27,491 nucleotides of DNA from a virus (Duplodnaviria; Caudoviricetes). Shown here piece by piece: positions 25,228 through 27,491 of the stretch. The translations under genes were made by a program, and so were the position numbers. Location of the stretch: the IMG/VR virus record IMGVR_UViG_3300017743_000090, positions 1 through 27,491 of that record; one strand, written 5' to 3'. Numbering within the stretch: position 1 is the first letter of the stretch; each line of letters opens with the position of its first letter. A model generated the notes under the pieces. The model did no database searches and was not told the DNA's origin. It worked only from the letters and a program-made list of their open reading frames with translations.

Positions 25228-25792
25228 GTTTTTTTAATTCTTTAGTTTTATCTGCCATTTCATCAAATAAAGATTGTTCTGCTTTTGTTCTGTCTTTTCT
25301 ATCAATTTTTGATATTTTTAACATTTCAGATTTATTTTTCTTAAGATCTTTTTTAATTTTATCAATTTCTGCTTTTGTTTTTAAAGCATCTGCTTTTTCT
25401 TTAGCTATTGATTTTTCTTTTTTAACATCTGCAGATGTAGGTTCTTCCTCTTCTCTAATACTAAGGCTATCTAAAGCATTCATTGTACCTTCAAAACCAG
25501 GAATATCAGCAGGTTTATCAAATTCTCTTTGCTTTAATGCTGCTTGGATAGCAAATATAGCATCTTGCTCTGAATAACTATATCTTTTAGCCATTGATTT
25601 AATAAAGCGATCTAGTGCTTTTGTTACCTCAGGATTTAAAGATTCTTTAGTTAATGATTGTGTTTTTTCTAACTCTTTGTTTAATTCAGCTTGTGCTGCT
25701 GCTTTTGCCTTAATATCATCAGCTGATTCTTCTTCAGATAAAATTTCAATAATTTCGTTTTTAAGGTACTCTTTAAATTCTTTTTTTTTCAT
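25211..25792 (-). CDS. Lys/Glu-rich hypothetical protein, possible internal head protein
   Basis: N-terminus MKKKEFKEYLKNEIIEILSE ends in a gp21-type L-x-E site; has its own upstream motif. Confidence 0.55.
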   Translation of the reverse strand: MKKKEFKEYLKNEIIEILSEEESADDIKAKAAAQAELNKELEKTQSLTKESLNPEVTKALDRFIKSMAKRYSYSEQDAIFAIQAALKQREFDKPADIPGFEGTMNALDSLSIREEEEPTSADVKKEKSIAKEKADALKTKAEIDKIKKDLKKNKSEMLKISKIDRKDRTKAEQSLFDEMADKTKELKKLERNL

Positions 25793-25808
25793 TGTCAGGT
25801 GTTTTCGT

Positions 25809-25818
25809 TATAAATATT
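25809..25818 (-). promoter_or_regulatory. Putative late promoter motif AATATTTATA
   Basis: About 17 nt upstream of ATG 25792; the most upstream copy, marking the start of the morphogenesis block. Confidence 0.6.
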
Positions 25819-26347
25819 ACGAAAAAATTGCTTGTTTAAGTAATTCTATACGTTCTTCTGTGCTACCTGATAGAGTATGTAAATTTTTAATTCTATGATT
25901 ATACCTATTTATTAAAGTGTTAATTGATCTATCAATTATAACTCTATAATTAGCATCTGTTTCACGAACACCATTATCTTCAATTTCTACACCTTCAGGA
26001 GATACATAAAATATGTAATCGTATTCTCTAACTAAATTAGCAGCTAACGTTTCAAAATCTTCTTTATCGTAAATATCCATTGAAGTAGAACAATTAGCAA
26101 ATGCCATAACATCAATTACAGTTCTATCTGTAATAATATTTTCTAACATTAATTCACTTGATCTCTCAGCTAAAAATACACATTGACCTTTTAATGTAGA
26201 ATCAGTATTCAATGGAATACCCATTGCCATTAATTCCTTAGAACGCTCAGTTCTAGTAACATAATCTTTAAATTCCGGTAACTCTTTAAGAGCATTGACT
26301 AGTGTAGTTTTACCTACACTCATTGTACCACATAAACCTATCTTCAT
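25817..26347 (-). CDS. P-loop NTPase, AAA_28/NadR-like (nucleoside/nucleotide kinase fold)
   Basis: MKIGLCGTMSVGKTTL, ITDRTVID, YDYIFY, IEDNGVR. Confidence 0.8.
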   Translation of the reverse strand: MKIGLCGTMSVGKTTLVNALKELPEFKDYVTRTERSKELMAMGIPLNTDSTLKGQCVFLAERSSELMLENIITDRTVIDVMAFANCSTSMDIYDKEDFETLAANLVREYDYIFYVSPEGVEIEDNGVRETDANYRVIIDRSINTLINRYNHRIKNLHTLSGSTEERIELLKQAIFS

Positions 26348-26357
26348 AACTTATAAT

Positions 26358-26642
26358 TTAATTAGAAAATCTTTCACTTCCAAGCATATATTGAAGAACT
26401 GTTTCAGGAATACCTGAATGTGTAAATTGTTCTAATTTAGCTAATGCTTGGGTTACATCTTGGGCTATAATAGGAACATTTTTAATATTACCTTTATCAG
26501 TGTATGTACACTCATATATTAGGTTATCTTTTACTTTAGATGTTCCTACTAACTTAATTTCTAGTACAGCAATATCTCTTCCCATATCTTGGATAGATTT
26601 TATTAACTCACTATTTTCTTTTTTATATTTTTTCTTAATCAT
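26358..26642 (-). CDS. Hypothetical protein (94 aa)
   Basis: Tightly packed in the operon; no recognised motif. Confidence 0.65.
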   Translation of the reverse strand: MIKKKYKKENSELIKSIQDMGRDIAVLEIKLVGTSKVKDNLIYECTYTDKGNIKNVPIIAQDVTQALAKLEQFTHSGIPETVLQYMLGSERFSN

Positions 26643-26644
26643 AA

Positions 26645-27055
26645 CTAAAAGGGTAAATTACTATAATTATCTTCTTGGGATGAACCTGGCAATACTCTGT
26701 AGCTATCACTATCAAAATGTTGTGTTGATACTTCAAATATAGTAGCTCCTTCAGTAAGTGCTAACATTTGATGTGGTTGACCAGGCATTAAATGAATACA
26801 ATCACCTTTTTTAACTATTTTGGATCTTAATTCCGCTGTTTCAGTATCAATAAATTTGTATTCAAATTCACCTTTAGAAATATACCATGCTTCATCTTTA
26901 AGAAGATGATAATGCATTGAAAATTGTTTATGAGCTTTAAATACTAATAATTTACCACAATAAAATTCATTGTTAATAATCCATAATTCATGACCCCATG
27001 CTTTTTCATGACGTTCACCTTTATATGGTAAAGCTTGCATTGTTAACTCTCTCAT
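26645..27055 (-). CDS. Cupin-domain protein (sugar isomerase / mannose-6-phosphate isomerase-like)
   Basis: KAWGHELWI, FSMHYHLLKDEAW, PGQPHQM and EVSTQHFDSDSYR cupin metal-binding motifs. Confidence 0.85.
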   Translation of the reverse strand: MRELTMQALPYKGERHEKAWGHELWIINNEFYCGKLLVFKAHKQFSMHYHLLKDEAWYISKGEFEYKFIDTETAELRSKIVKKGDCIHLMPGQPHQMLALTEGATIFEVSTQHFDSDSYRVLPGSSQEDNYSNLPF

Positions 27056-27056
27056 A

Positions 27057-27326
27057 TTAATTTCTATTTTCTCCTGCTCTACCTTTTGATGTTTTATACC
27101 AAGGTAAACCTTCTCTTTCTTGCATTATAGAATTATATTCTTCAGCATCATATTCATTACCATTTAAAAAATATGATTTTACAAACTCACTATCTTTTCT
27201 ATGTGGTATAATAGCAGGACCATCCCATTTATGATGTTTCCAGGCTACTTCACCTTTAATTCTTATAAGATGGTGAGTTGCTCCTCTTGAATTAATTGTT
27301 TTTTCTTCGTATAATTTATCTGACAT
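27057..27326 (-). CDS. Hypothetical protein with a single H-x-x-DGPA...YFLNG motif
   Basis: KHHKWDGPAII...SYFLNG resembles the 'LHRxDGPA' repeat unit common in phage proteins. Confidence 0.7.
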   Translation of the reverse strand: MSDKLYEEKTINSRGATHHLIRIKGEVAWKHHKWDGPAIIPHRKDSEFVKSYFLNGNEYDAEEYNSIMQEREGLPWYKTSKGRAGENRN

Positions 27327-27338
27327 AATTTTTATTTT

Positions 27339-27491
27339 TTACCAATTTATAATATCTCCTTGTTCAACATATTCTGCATCCTCCATACATTGTAATACCC
27401 ATTCTGCAACGTAATTTCCCTGTGCTCCTGATACTGTAATACCTCTTGCACTTAAAGCATCACCTACAAAATGGACATTATTATAATCAAT
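27339..27491 (-). CDS. C-terminus of a probable FAD-dependent oxidoreductase (partial)
   Basis: Manual translation IDYNNVHFVGDALSARGITVSGAQGNYVAEWVLQ...IINW* contains the hhhhGD second FAD-binding motif plus the RG...A.G helix. Confidence 0.7.
   Translation of the reverse strand: MDYNNVHFVGDALSARGITVSGAQGNYVAEWVLQCMEDAEYVEQGDIINW

Noticed and set aside
10614-27055. Stop-codon reassignment as seen in some large Bacteroidota phages
   Set aside because: Conserved genes are full length in code 11, and both TAG (10614, 26645) and TGA (19378, 20261) act as stops at tight gene junctions.

Overview
Virion morphogenesis region of a large, AT-rich, T4-related tailed phage. All real genes lie on the minus strand and use the standard code. 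In transcription order (right to left): a small accessory block (FAD-oxidoreductase C-terminus, cupin, AAA_28/NadR-like kinase), a membrane/lipoprotein, large terminase, gp20-like portal, three putative head-core genes, gp21 protease, gp22-like scaffold, gp23 major capsid, PhoH, gp13/gp14/gp15 neck and tail-terminator genes, then an unusual fibre module. That module has a 2386-aa proline-free (Gly-X-Y)n Ser/Thr/Asn protein ending in an S74 autocleaving chaperone, a translationally coupled LamG/ConA-like adhesin, two small ORFs, and a second giant Gly-Ser-Thr repeat gene (start 1967, missing from the ORF track) that runs off the left edge. A-rich, Shine-Dalgarno-free starts and D-(S/T)-hydrophobic motifs in the exported protein suggest a Bacteroidota host (inference). 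Most notable: the giant GXY fibres, an [ST]-[GAS]-S motif clustered in likely surface-exposed virion segments (candidate glycosylation signal), and a recurrent upstream motif equal to the T4 late promoter in inverted orientation. Product calls rest on motif recognition by eye, with no database searches.
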